Shown one piece after another: positions 23,741-36,352 of a DNA stretch of 64,000 nucleotides. Source of the DNA: Chiloscyllium plagiosum (Eukaryota); contig NC_057718.1 of assembly GCF_004010195.1 (NCBI RefSeq), positions 97,090,079-97,154,078 on the forward strand. The letters run 5' to 3'. The notes beneath the pieces are model-generated. The model was not told the DNA's origin. It did no database searches and worked only from the letters and a program-made list of their open reading frames with translations. Numbering within the stretch: position 1 is the first letter of the stretch; every line of letters starts with the position of its first letter. Position numbers and translations under genes: made by a program.

Positions 23741-25574
23741 TTGCCTGTGCTGGAATTGGGCGCCTTGATCAGTTCCTTCAAATGTCAGTCGCTAAATATG
23801 AATAAATCTTGGCTGCTTCAAAAAAAAAACAGTTCTAAGCAGTGCACAGAAAAAGTACATGACCTCGAGCTGGTAATTTAATTGTACCCAGAAGTATTCA
23901 ATTTGCTTTCACCACAGCATGTTGCACTTCAAAGCTACGCTTCAGCTACTGTTGCTAGACAATTTTAAGAAGAATAGAAGCAAATATCAGTACTATTTAA
24001 TTGAAACAGTATAACTTTTTGCACAGAAATGAGTAAGACTGACTGAAAGATTAGATACCTGTGGTGAGTGCAGAGGCTTGTATTTTTCTCATTTCAAGCG
24101 TTATAATGGATCTCTCGGTTTTGCTAACAGTTTTGCATCATGTAGCCTCTGTAGCTCAAGTACTTATTGCTCCTGATTTAAAGCAATTGTCTCCACTTCA
24201 ACATAGTTGCCAGTGCAAAGGATGTTTTCTTCTCTGTCACCTGGCAAGCTAGTGTCAAGCTCCAGTCTGGAACCTGCATCTTGCTGCTCCAACCACAGCA
24301 CGAATGATATATTATGGTAGGGTCATAGAGTCTTAGAGATGTACAGCATGAAAACAGACCCTTCAGTCACCTAGTCCCTCCAAACCCTTCCTATTCATGT
24401 ACCCATCCAAATGCCTCTTAAATGTTGCAGCCTCCACCACATTACGTTACAATGTGCTAGCAGCAGCTCTGTCATTTAGTCTGGCTCTATTACCTCGTGC
24501 CAATTAATTGTGTTGAATTAAGTTGCTGCAAGCTGGGTGGCATGGTGACTCAGTGGTTAGCATCGCTGCCTCACAGTGCCAGGGAGCCCGGTTCAATTCC
24601 AGCCTGGGCTGACTGTCCGTTTGTGTCTCCACTCTGGGCCTCCAGCCTGCTCTGCTCTGCACCACTGTGGGTTAATGCAGCTTGTGCCAGGTTGACAGCA
24701 GGTATCCCATGATGCATGTCAGAGTCATAGTTTTGCTGTCAGTGACTATCGAGAGGGAAAGTTAACCAAGGCATATTTCTCAATGCATTTATTGATCAGA
24801 TGGTATTTGACGTGACAGCTGACATTTCCTGCCAAGCATCTGACTTTGACAGTGATTGGCAGTGGCTCGAGTACGCTGTGTTGTATAGACCTGCAGTGTT
24901 CCAGCCATATAGTCCCCAAGAGGTATGTGTGGGTGGTTGGATTATTGACTGCACCGCCTCTTGTTTACTGATAGGGAGAAGAAACTGTGCCTTTTTTGTG
25001 TGTTTTTCAAAAAGAACTAGATTGACAGATATTATAACAAACAGACTGAAGGGGCTGTGGGTAGGAAACTCACAACTTTTGGCTGGTGTACGTCAAATGG
25101 GAAGATCTAAATGAAGCAAAATTGAAGTGGTTTTGATGCGTTTTGAAAGAATGATTTTCTTGTCAAGTGTATTTCACAGTGAGAAAAACAGAAAAGCTTT
25201 ACCACTGTTGCCATGATTCAGTGCTGTTTTGAACAGTTTTAAGAATTAAGAAACAAAAATAGCAGATAGCTTGAAGAGCATCCGTCAGTCTTGAACCAGT
25301 TCATCGTCAATGATGCCTGTGCTGCTATCCCTCCTCCATTGCCTCGCCGCAGTCCACACCAGACCAAACCAACATTGAAGTGGCCTCTCTTCAGGCCTCA
25401 TGTTTTGCTGATGGGGCGATTCTCCCCCCCCCCCCACCCCCACCCACCATCCCCCCCGCTTGCATCAGACCCAACCAACGTCAGAGTCCCCTTTCTCGCC
25501 ACTGCACCCTACTCATCGATGTCGCTTAATGCCCTCCCCCCATGTTGCTTTCATCTACCATCAGCCGAACGTAG

Positions 25575-26150
25575 CTCCGGGTGCTCCGGTTTCCTCCCAC
25601 AGTCTGAAGACTATGCAGGTTAGGGTGGGACTGGCCAGGCTAAATTACCCCATAGTGTCCAGGCTAGATGGGTTAGCCATGGTAAATGCAGTGTTACAGG
25701 ATGGGGCAAGGGAATAGGTCTACATGGGGTGCTCTTTGGAGGGTCAGTTTGGACACGATGGCCGAATGGCCTGCTTCTGCACTGTAGGCCAACAAGTGTT
25801 GGTCAGTTTCCTGCTTTCATGGGAGAGATGTATCAACAGTACACAATCACCTGTGATGTGGTTATCACTGAATTGCTGCAGTTGTGCTGAAGTTGAGGTT
25901 ATGATTGGTTGAAGGTCAAAACAGCGTGGTAGTAAAAGTCCTTGGGGAAGCTTGGTGGCTCAGCGTTGCCTCACAGCGCCAGGGACCTGGGTCCATTTCC
26001 ACCCTCGATGACTGACTGTGTAGAGCTTGCACGTTCTCCCTGTGTCTGTATGGGTTTCCTCCTATAGCTCCAATTTCCTCCCTCTTCTTCAGGTCAGTGT
26101 GGACTGAATGGGCTGAATGGCCTGCTTCCACACTATAGGGATTCTGTGAT
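25575..26150 (+). mobile_element. Two partial V-SINEs (25575-25790, 25945-26150)
   Basis: V-domain and tail motifs. Confidence 0.7.
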
Positions 26151-27519
26151 TCTGTTCTATGATCTGGTGGTGATACACATGATCTAACAGTGTTGAAAAG
26201 CCAAAAGTGGGTGAGTGGTTCACGTTACATCACGTTACCTTGAGAAACATCGCCATCATTTAGTGACACAAAAGCAGAGGTCTTTAAAACAAAACTGAAA
26301 TAAGAAACTGGAAAATGCTGGAAACACTCAATAGCTTAAGCAGCATCTTGTGGAGAGAGGAAGAGTTATCATTTCAGGTCCCTCTCTGATGAAAGCTCAT
26401 CAACATTAACTCTCTGAAATGGCCCGAAACATTAACTCTCGGCCAGTGGTGCCTGACCTGCGGAGTGTGTGTATCTTTTTTCTTTTTTTTTAATTGAAGT
26501 GAATTAGCGAGCTGCTTTGATGCATATAAGCTTGTTAATGTGGAGGGCAACGAATGAGGCAATGACTCACTCATAATGCAATGCTGTGGCAGTTAATGTT
26601 GTCTTCAGGAAACTGCATTAGACAGCTGCAAAATGATTCCTCTGCCATCAAATTATTATGATTGTTGCTGGTAAAGAAGCACACTTGGTGTTATATCATT
26701 AGTAAATCTACTCCCAATGAATATCATTAGTATCCTTTCAAACACAAATACAACGCACAGTGCACTTAACAAAACCTTTGTCTCTTGTACCTGTTATATT
26801 CATTGCATGATACACACCAGCAAGAAAATCTCAGCTACACCTTTGTTTATCCTGCTAGGATAAAGAATAGGCAAGCCTTGAGGCTATTGTATTTCCCCAT
26901 ATGAATGGTGACCATTGAAAGCATACTATTGAGGGAATTTAAAGGGAATGGGCCGAGTGTATAATTGGGATATTATTGTCGCTTCACACCGGTGTGGAAC
27001 TTTTAAGTGCGCTGATAACACAAAAGCAAACAGCCCTATCTGCACAAAGTGTGGAAAATATTATGCAGCAAAAATTGTGGTGGCTTAGGTCTGACTCGCT
27101 GTGAGAATTTAGACAAACACAACCATTTGGCACGGGATAGAGGAAACTGGGGATGAATCTGAAGTTTGATGTTAACATCTTCATTGTAGACATTGTTCCA
27201 AAATAATATTTAAAACATGGCCATCTCTCTAATGCACATGTACAATGTGTACATTGTACAATATCAACAGTTGCCAGAAAACTAAATTCATTCCAGTCAA
27301 GCCAGCCCGATTCCGTGGCTCAGTAGTGGTCTCATGTGCTTTGCAGCAGAAGGTCGAGCCTCTTGCCACTTGACATCTTCAGCACAGCTAATATCAGCTA
27401 ATGAAGCAGACATGCACATTGGCAGGCTAGCACATTCAAAGTGCACACACCCTGGTATTAGCACCGTCAAAGCAACAATTCTCCAGATGATAACTACTTG
27501 GCTAATCCACTGTAAGCTA

Positions 27520-28560
27520 AAACAGCTAGAGTACTGCACACACAGTTCTGGTCATCACTTCACAAGAAAGATGTGATCGCCAGGGACACAGATGAGGAGA
27601 ATGGAGAACTTTAGTTTGAAAGAAGATTACGTTGGCTGGGTTCTATCCTGTTGCGATGTGGATTAATGTCACCAGCATAGGGTTCAATTCCCATCTCAGC
27701 TGAGGAGAGGCTACAAAAACACAGGTTGTTTTCTTTGGGGTGGCAGAGGCTGAAGGTAGAGACTTGATAGAAGTCCATACAATTCTGAGATGTGCAGATG
27801 GGGTTAACAGTCAGAAACTTTTGCCCCAGAGTTGATATGTCTAGAACTTGGGGGCATGCATTTAAGGTGAGAGAGGAAACGTTCAAAAGAGATGTGAGGG
27901 GCAAGGTTTTTTTTTTACACAGAGAGTTGTAGGAGTCTGGAACGTGCTGCCAGGATTGGTAGAGAATCCAAAAAAATGGCAGGTGCTGGAATCCAAAGTA
28001 GACAGGCATCAAGTTCAGCACAACATTGCGGGCCGAAGGGCCCGTTCCTGTGCTGTACTGTTCAATATTACCATGATGGACTCTCCTTCTCAACCTCTCC
28101 CCTCAGCTAAGGCATGGTGACCCTCAGGTTAAACCACCACCGTTTATCTCTCTCTCTCTCTCTAATGAGACAGCATGCCTATAGCAACTTTACCTTTTAT
28201 CCTTCGGAGCATTGGAGGCTGAGGGAGATTCAGTTGAGACACAGTTATGAGAGTCTTAAGCAGAGTGAGTAGATGGGATCTGGTTCCATTAGCAGTGAGC
28301 TCACTAAATGTGGCATGCATTAAAAGCAATAGCTCAAAGGCTGGAGGCAAGATGAGAAGAAATGTTTTCACTCAGAGGATCATGGGGACTCATTGTCTAA
28401 AGGATCATAGAGACTGAAACGCTTCTTTAAATATTTTAAAAATAAACCTAATTATACACTTGAGGTGCTATGCTTAGCAGGGGTATCGACCAAGAGCTGG
28501 AAAATGGGATGTGCTCTTTTATCAGCATGAACAGATATAATGGATGGAATAGAGCTGCAA
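27520..28560 (+). mobile_element. Nested CR1 fragments and a third tRNA-SINE (27630-27700 plus 28070-28200; sibling at 55660-55850)
   Basis: ctagagtactgc...cagttctggtc CR1 motif. A SINE head gggttcaattccc is split by a CR1 3' end from its body ggcatggtgaccctcaggttaaaccacc. Confidence 0.65.
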
Positions 28561-28710
28561 ATCTCTATATTTTGAACTGACTCGCTTGATGGAAGAGGAG
28601 GAATTGCAATTAATTGTGGAGGTGTTGTTCATGACCTCTGCACAAGTCCAACACAACAAGATAACTGATGTATTCACTAGTTGCAATGCAGGATGCACAG
28701 TCTGTTAAAA

Positions 28711-29017
28711 ATAGATTACTTACAGTGTAGAAACAGGCCCTTCGGCCCAACAAGTCCACACCGACCCTCCGAAGAGCAACCCACCCAGACCCATTCCCCT
28801 ACATTTACCCCTTCACCTAGCAATTTAGCCTGGCCAATTGACCTAACCTGCACATTTTTGGAGTGTGGGAGGAAACCGGAGCACCCAGAGGAAGCCCACA
28901 CAGACACAGGAAGAATGTGCAAACTCCATACAGCCAGTTGCCTGAGGTGGGAATTGAATGCAGGGCTCTGGCGCTGTGAGGCAGCAGTGCTAACCACTGT
29001 GCCACCGTTCCGCCCAA
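28711..29017 (-). mobile_element. V-SINE with 9-bp TSD
   Basis: ctgttaaaa at 28702-10 and 29018-26. Confidence 0.9.
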
Positions 29018-29654
29018 CTGTTAAAAGTTGTGTATGTAAATAACGTGTGCATTGTAATGACAGTGCACTGAATTTATCAAATAGATTGTGTGCATTTGAA
29101 GATGTAAGCAATGAGCAGCTAACTTTTGTGGCTAACTAATTCCTGGGGTGCTGTAGTGTTGGAGTGTTAACTGGACAGGTTAACCCAACAGCAATCCTTT
29201 GGGTTGTGCTAATAATCCAGAAACAGGAGCTGAAAGTACACCAGAGCTGAGGAATTTATCTTTAATGAGTTAGATAAATTCCAAGTGAAAACCAGCATCT
29301 GTAATAATGACTATGGAGCTACTGTCTTGTAAAAACTCATCTTGTTCAGTAATAATCCAAACTTCGGGCCTGATTGTTATCATTACCCAAACTCTCCTAT
29401 ATGTGACTCCAAAAATAAATAAATGACTCCTCTCCTACAGCAACGCATTTTACGCTTAACTACCCCTGAAATTGTGTAGACAAACACTGAATTGCAACAA
29501 AAAAGGCACATTAAGAATAAAACTGGATAGACCTGCTGATGTCGGCTGGATTCAATTCAAGTGTTAACGTGCAGAAGGAGGCCTTATGGCCCATCATGTC
29601 TGTACCAGCTCGTTATATCTTCATGTCAGCTCGGACGAGAGAGTCCCCATTCAC

Positions 29655-30090
29655 AGAGAGTCACAGAGATGTACAGCACGGAAACAGACCCTTCGGTCCA
29701 ACTCGTCCATGCCGACCAGATATCCTAAATTAATCTAGTCCCATTTGTCAGCATCTGACCCATATCCCTCCAAACCCTTCCTATTCATATACCCATCCAA
29801 ATGCCTTTTAAATGTTGGAATTGTAGCACCTCCACCACTTCCCTGTAGCTCAAATGCTCCAACTCTGGCAACATCCTTGTAAATCTTCTCTGAACCCTTT
29901 CAAGTTTCACAACATCCTTCCGATAGGAAGGAGACCAGAATTGCACGCAATATTCCAACAATGGCCTAACCAATGTCCTGTACAGCCACAACATGACCTC
30001 CCAACTCCAGTACTCAATACTCTGACCAATAAAGGCATACCAAACACCTTTTTCACTGTCCTATCTAACTGTGACTCTACTTTCAAGGAA
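29655..30090 (-). mobile_element. CR1 ORF2 C-terminus and 3' UTR, internally deleted
   Basis: LYRTLVRPLLEYCVQFWSPSYRKDVVKLERVQRRFTRMLPEL. Confidence 0.92.
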
Positions 30091-30372
30091 CAACAACCTG
30101 TACTCTCATCTAACTCAAAACATTGCCTTGCTCTCTCTCCACGGATGCTGTCTGACCCCACAGTGATTTCCAACATTTTATTTTTGTTTTCAGCGCATTT
30201 CACATCTTAACTACTCACTGTGGGAGGATAAAAGTTTTTTCTCACATGACCTTTATTTCTTTTGCACATGGCTTTAAATCTATGCCTTCCTATTCCTGTT
30301 CCTTTTGCAAGCTTCTCCCTATCTACTCTATCCAGCCCTGCTCATGATTGTGAAAACCTCTGTCAGAATTTG

Positions 30373-30690
30373 AGGCAGCACGGTGGCTCAGTGGTTAGCA
30401 GCAATCAATCCCGGTTCGATTCCAGCCTCAGGTGCCTGTCTGTGTGGAGTTTGCACATTCTCCCCATGTCTGCGTGGGTTTCCTTTGGGTGCTCCGGTTT
30501 CCTCCCATAATCCAAAGATGTGCAGGTCAGGGGAATTGGCGGTGCTAAATTGCCCTCAGTGTTAGGTGCATTAGTCAGGGGTAAATATAGGATGGGGGAA
30601 TGGGTCTGGTCTGGGTAGTCTTCGGACGGTCAGTGTGGACTTGTTGGGCTGAAGGGCCTGTTTCCATACTGTAGGGAATCTAATCTAATC
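30373..30690 (+). mobile_element. V-SINE
   Basis: Head, V-domain and (aatct)n tail. Confidence 0.88.
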
Positions 30691-32159
30691 AGAAATGAAT
30701 CTTCTCCAGACTTGATGTGTCTTATTCAGGCACATGAAGGGACACATGTGTTTTCCAACGCTGGAGTACAGTGGTTCTCTGTGACATTCTAGCTATGTCA
30801 GTGATGTTTTCTTTAAAAAAAAAATCCCAGTTTTTATTTTAAAACTTTCCAGTTTTTCTTAATTGAATTCAAATTTCACCATCTGCCTTTGTGGGATTTG
30901 AACCCATATTTTCAGGACATTAACCCAACTGTCTGGATTGCTACTTCCACTAACATTTCTCAAGAATCTGTACCCAGGTTCCTTTGTAACTCAGATGGTG
31001 CTGAAAGTAGCAGCTCAGAAACGTTTCACTGTGTACTCTTGTGAATAAAGCTAACTCTAATTCTAAATTCTAATTTCCACTCTGCCAGCACCTTCTCTTT
31101 CAACTGTGCTGTTCCAGAATTGTCTGAAACATAAAGCTGCATCACTCAATTGAAAATCTCAGGAAGCTACAACTTACTGAGCACCTTTTACAACATATTA
31201 CATTTTCAAGGGACAGAGTTGTGCTCTTTGAGAACAAAATTGCGCTGCTTGTCCTGTTTACTGGCCTGCACAAAATTGTAGGGAAATTCTACATGAAGTG
31301 TAACAAGGTGTCAACCCCTCTCCCCATTTGCTCATGACACCAGGAGAGCAGCAATGACCTCCAGCTATTCTTTGTCCTAGTTGCTTCACTCATGCCAGCC
31401 CGCTGCAGTGCCATCTTTCATCTGGTGCAGAGAGAGGTTCAGAAATATGCCATCATTAAAACCGAGCATTGCTCTGGGTTCAGTCGATTCAATTTTGCAC
31501 TCCAGTGATGCGCAAAAGGCCTCATAATTCAACCGGTTTGCCTGAGTGAATAAGTCAGAGGAGAGACAGCCTCCTGCTTAATGCCAGTTATGAAAATTGT
31601 CCCTATTGTACCTTTGGCAGTCACCACAGCGAGATGTTTACACAAATGTCCACCTTTCTGACTGCGACGTATCCCTAGGGGTGGGAGTGGGAGGGACAGG
31701 GAGCACAAGGGAGAGGGAAAGAGTCGGAATGGGTTTGAAAGGTTAATTCTGGAACCATCCCTTATAGCTGCTACCACCACTGTGAGTTCCATTGAGAATT
31801 TCTGTTCCCTAATCAGATCTCACAGCTTTCTCAGACTTTGGTGTTGACGTTAGCGCAGGGAAGGATTTGTGACTGCCTGATAGACAATGGACGGACAATA
31901 CTGCTAGGTGTGGGAGAAAGTGGTGTGTCAACTCTTAAATGAGTTGTTGAATTTATAAGCGCAACAGCAGTCTCAAGGTCCCATGTGAGGGGCTGGTATT
32001 TGGACATCGCTTATTGGAAGGGAGTCATTCGTTTCTCGTCAAAACACTAGGGTACGTTGTGTTTCGAGATTGTTTAGAGACTGGCGTCTCTGTGCCTTGC
32101 TCTAGGCCCTGAAACTTCAAGCAATGAGTTGCCTGACTCTCCAAAACAATGCATTGCTG

Positions 32160-32505
32160 TGAGAGGCATGGATAGGGTGAACAGTCAAAGTCTTTTTTTC
32201 CCAGAGTAGGGAAACTCATGGGCAAAGGTTGAAGGTGAGAGGGGAAAGATTTGAAAGGAACCTAAGGGACAACGTTTTTCACACAAAGTGTGATGCGTGT
32301 CTGGAATGAGCTGCCAGAGGATGTGGTGAAGGCTGGTACAATTACAACATTTAACAGGTATCTGGATGGGTATAGGAATAGGAAGGGTTTAGAGGGCTAT
32401 GGGCCAAGTGCTGGCAAATGGGACTAGATTAGGTTAGGATATCTGGTCGACATGGACAAGTTGGACTGAAGGCTCTGTTTCTGCACTGTACATCTCTGTG
32501 GCTCA
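32160..32505 (+). mobile_element. CR1 3' end
   Basis: tggaatgagctgccagaggatgtggtg (WNELPEDVV) and UTR. Confidence 0.88.
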
Positions 32506-33000
32506 CTGACTCTCTCCCTGAAGCTCTGGGACCTATGGGCAGTTTGAATCCTTCCCTCAAAAACTACTCTACTTGAATATCTCCATCTGTATCACAGAAT
32601 CATACAGTATAGTGGAGGCCCTTAGACCCATCAAGTCTATACTCCTAAAACCTGCAGTTAATTCCCAAAATCTGTTTGGATTGCTTTGTGGGAATGATTA
32701 TATGCAAAAACCGTACCACGTTCCAAAATCCACCTTAACGTGAAGATCACCTGAGGTATGAATGGCTTCAATCAAGAGTAATATGACTTTAATTTTTAAA
32801 AACAGTCACCGAGGATTTGCAGTCCCTTTCAGTCCATTTGCTGTCTCCCCAAATAAACTCCATCAGAAATAAGTAGGGCAAGGGGAAAGGAAAAAAGCCA
32901 ACTTAAGGGTGTGATTCCCACCAGTCTGCTTTGTATCTGGATGAAGTGCTCACATATTAGTCACCTTCTTAATCCAATGGTTCAGCTAAAGATCTGTGGA

Positions 33001-33123
33001 GGTAAAAAACAATGACTGCAGATGCTGGAAACCAGATTCTGGATTAGTGGTGCTGGAAGAGCACAGCAAGCTCCTTGGATGCTGCCTGAACTGCTGTGCT
33101 CTTCCAGCACCACTAATCCAGAA
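33001..33123. mobile_element. Fold-back PLE-end insert with 14-bp TSD
   Basis: Arms attctggattagtggtgctggaagagcacagca and its reverse complement; TSD taaag(a/t)tctgtgga. Confidence 0.85.
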
Positions 33124-33254
33124 TAAAGTTCTGTGGATACAGGTTTAAATCCCATCATAGTGGCTAGTGGAATTTAAATTGGATAATTAAATCTGAAATT
33201 GTAAACTCCGTAATGATGAGTGGTTAATAAAGTGAGCAGTTTTGTGCTCTCTAT

Positions 33255-33760
33255 ACAAAGGAGGATGTGTTGGGGGGGATCCAGAGGAGGTTTAAAAAAA
33301 TAATTCCAGGGATAAAGGGCCATTCATATGAGGAGCGGTTGAGGACTCTGGGTCTGCACTTGATGGAGTTTAGAAGGATGGGGGTGGGGGGAATCTCATT
33401 GAGTCTTACAGAATACAGAGATACCTGGATATAGTGGATGCTGAGAAGATGTTTCCGCTGGTAGGCGAGACTAGGACCTGAGGGCATAACCTGAAGGGAA
33501 CAACCCTTTAGAATTCAGATAAAGGGGAATTTCTTCAGCCAGTGAGTGGTGACGCTGTGGAACACACTGCAATAAAAGTCTATGCAGACCAAATCAATGA
33601 GTGTGTTAAGACAGAGATAGATGAACTATTGATTAGTAAAGGGATCAAGGATTATGGAGAGAAAGCAGGAGAATGGGGTTACGACCCATCTCAGGCATGA
33701 TCGAGTGGTGAGAAGATTCAAGTGGCCTAATTCTGCTCCTTTACCTTGTCGTCTTATGGT
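33255..33760 (+). mobile_element. CR1 3' part (different subfamily)
   Basis: tatgaggagcggttgaggactctgggtctg (YEERLRTLGL); tail ggcctaattctgctcct. Confidence 0.8.
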
Positions 33761-34944
33761 GATATCAATTAGTAAGGGTCTATCTGATATCAATTAGTAA
33801 GGGTCTATCTGGTTCACTCATGTTGTTCAGGGAAGGAAATCTGCCATCCTAACCTGGTCTGGACGGCATTTGACTCCAGCCTAGGGCCATGTAGTTGACC
33901 AAGCAGGCCACACAGATGCATCAAACAGCTCTCAACGCCAGGTCGACTCTGTTCGTCTCTGACGGCAGCTCGCTATATCTACAGGGGTGTGTGTGTGTGT
34001 GTGTGTGTGTGGGGGGGGAGTGCAGTTAGGGAGAGGCCATAGTGTTGGCCTGAGCCAGCGATGCATGCAAGCCCCATGAAAGTAGAGGGTTCATCACCAG
34101 CTGAACCAGTTTAAGCAGCTTGGCCACCAAATCCCAACTGGTAGCATCTCCCAGCAGGCAGAGGGATTGGGTTGGAGGTGGAATGAGAAGTTAAATCCCC
34201 CTCCCCCCTCCAAGGGATACCTCTCCTCCGGTCGGGTTTGGAATGTGACGTTGAAAATTGTGGACGATCTTTGGCGGTTGCAACTCATGTTGCTTTTTGC
34301 AAACATTTCTTGCCGTCAACCCCTCCCCTTGAAGAGAAAGAGAATGGCTTGTAAGGAGTGTAGGCAGCTCACTTGAACTTTGAATATTGTGTTTCTTTCT
34401 GCTGTACTCCTTTTCCAGAGCAGAGCTCCCCTCTCTCATAAATGTGTCAACACAAAATTGAAATTCAAGTTAGACAGAGGCCAAATTCATTATTGTCAGT
34501 GGCTTAAAATTACATTAAGCATAAAGGCATGTTGTTTTTCCTGTTTACAGGCACATGTTCCAACACTGGTGCTCTGTCAGTCAGAGTCCTGGACTCCATC
34601 ACATCGAATTGAGTTGGCATGGTTTATTCAAATGTAATTCTTCAGCTCCCTGCACTGACAAATCCTTGCATCGAAACTCCCAAAGATCCACACAATCCAA
34701 AAGCTCAGTCCTCAAGTTACTGTCACACCTCAGTGGGAAGTTGTAAATCTCTCCCCCACTCACCTGTTCTTTCTTTCTCTCTCTCTCTCTCTTTTGTACT
34801 CTTTCATTCAAACACTCACTCGCTCACTCTCACAGTTGTTCGCTCGTTTTTTCCCTCACTCATTTTTTCCCATTCTCATTTTTTTTCTCTCTCTCTCTCT
34901 CCTTTCTCACTCATTCTTTTGCACTCTGGCTCATTCTTGTTTTA

Positions 34945-35074
34945 GAGGAGAAAGTGAGGTCTGCAGATGCTGGAGATCAAAGTTGAAACTTTATTGCTGG
35001 AACAGCACAGCAGGTCAGGCAGCATCCAGGGATGCTGCCTGACCTGCTGTGCTGTTCCAGCAATAAAGTTTCAA
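34945..35074. mobile_element. Fold-back PLE-end insert with perfect 47-bp hairpin and 15-bp TSD
   Basis: Arms 34981-35027 and 35030-35076; TSD ctcattcttgtttta at 34930-44 and 35075-89. Confidence 0.92.
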
Positions 35075-35556
35075 CTCATTCTTGTTTTACCTACTCATTC
35101 TTTCTCACTCACTTGCTACTTCCACTCTCACTCATTTGCTAATTTCCCTTTTTCAGTAATTCATTCATCCTCTCTCTCAGCCTTTTGCTTGTTTTTTTTT
35201 TCTCTCATTCTTTTTAGCTGACTCATTCGTTCTCACTCTCAATCTTGCTGACACATACCCTTTCTCTCTCACACTTACACAATCAAAATGGAGCATCTAA
35301 GATGAGTGTCTGGCACTGGTGTTGCGCTCCAGTCATAGTTTGCTACAAAGGTAGTACTTGTTCATGGGGAGCAATGCTGCCAATACCAAATACTGGCTAA
35401 CGGGGAGGATTTTCATTATCTTGCAGTTTGTAGAAGTTGAGACTCAGGATATTGATGCCAAAGACTGGATACCTTTGCACTATGTAATTTCCATATGGGA
35501 TCAAACACTCTGTACTCAGCTGAACATCTCAGTACTAATTTCCAAGGAACATTATT

Positions 35557-36352
35557 CATAGAGTGATAGAGTTGTACACCATGGAAACAGAATCTTCAGT
35601 CCAACTCACCCATGCCAACCAGATATCCTAAATTAATCTAGTCCCATTTGCCAGCATGTGACCCTTATCCCTCTAAGCTCTTCCTATCCATGTACCCATC
35701 CAGATGCCTATTAAGTGTTGTAATTAGAGTGTTAGCCTGGGTCCAGTGTCAATAGCACTGTACCAATGCCTTCTCATAGAGGACAAAGGTGGTTAAATGA
35801 AGGTGGATCACAGGTCATTCATGATCTCATCAAATGACAGGTTAGGCTCGAGGGACTCCAAAGAGTATCTGAACCCAGATCAGCAGCCCCACCCATAACC
35901 CATAACCCCACATTTCCCATGGCTAACTCATGTGACCTACACATCCTGGACAGTATGGGGCAACTTAGCATGGCCAATCCACTCTAACCTGCACATCTTT
36001 GGACTGTGGGAGGAAACCAGAGCACCTGGAGGAAACCCACATAGACCACTTCCACCACTTCCTCTGGCAGCGCATTCCATACAAGCACCACCCTTTGCAT
36101 GGAAAGAGTTGCCCTTTAGGTCCCTTTTAAATTTTTCCCCTCTCACCTTAAATCTATGCCCTCTAGTTTTGGACTCCCGTACCCTGGGACAAAGACTTTA
36201 GCTGTTCACCCTATCCAGGCCCCTCATGATTTTATAACCCTCTATAAGATCACCCTTCCGTTCCAGGGAAAGCAGCCCCTGCTTATTCATCTCTCCCTAT
36301 AGCTCAAACTCTCTGAGCCTGGCAACATGCTTGTGAATCTTTTCTGCACCTT
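35557..36352 (-). mobile_element. CR1 3' end split by an inverted copy of 37531-37850
   Basis: The CR1 breaks after gtgttgtaatt (35725) and resumes ccacttccaccacttcctctggcagc (~36046). Confidence 0.85.

Noticed and set aside
33761..33810. 25-bp direct duplication gatatcaattagtaagggtctatct
   Set aside because: Ordinary slippage duplication at a TE junction; no sign of function
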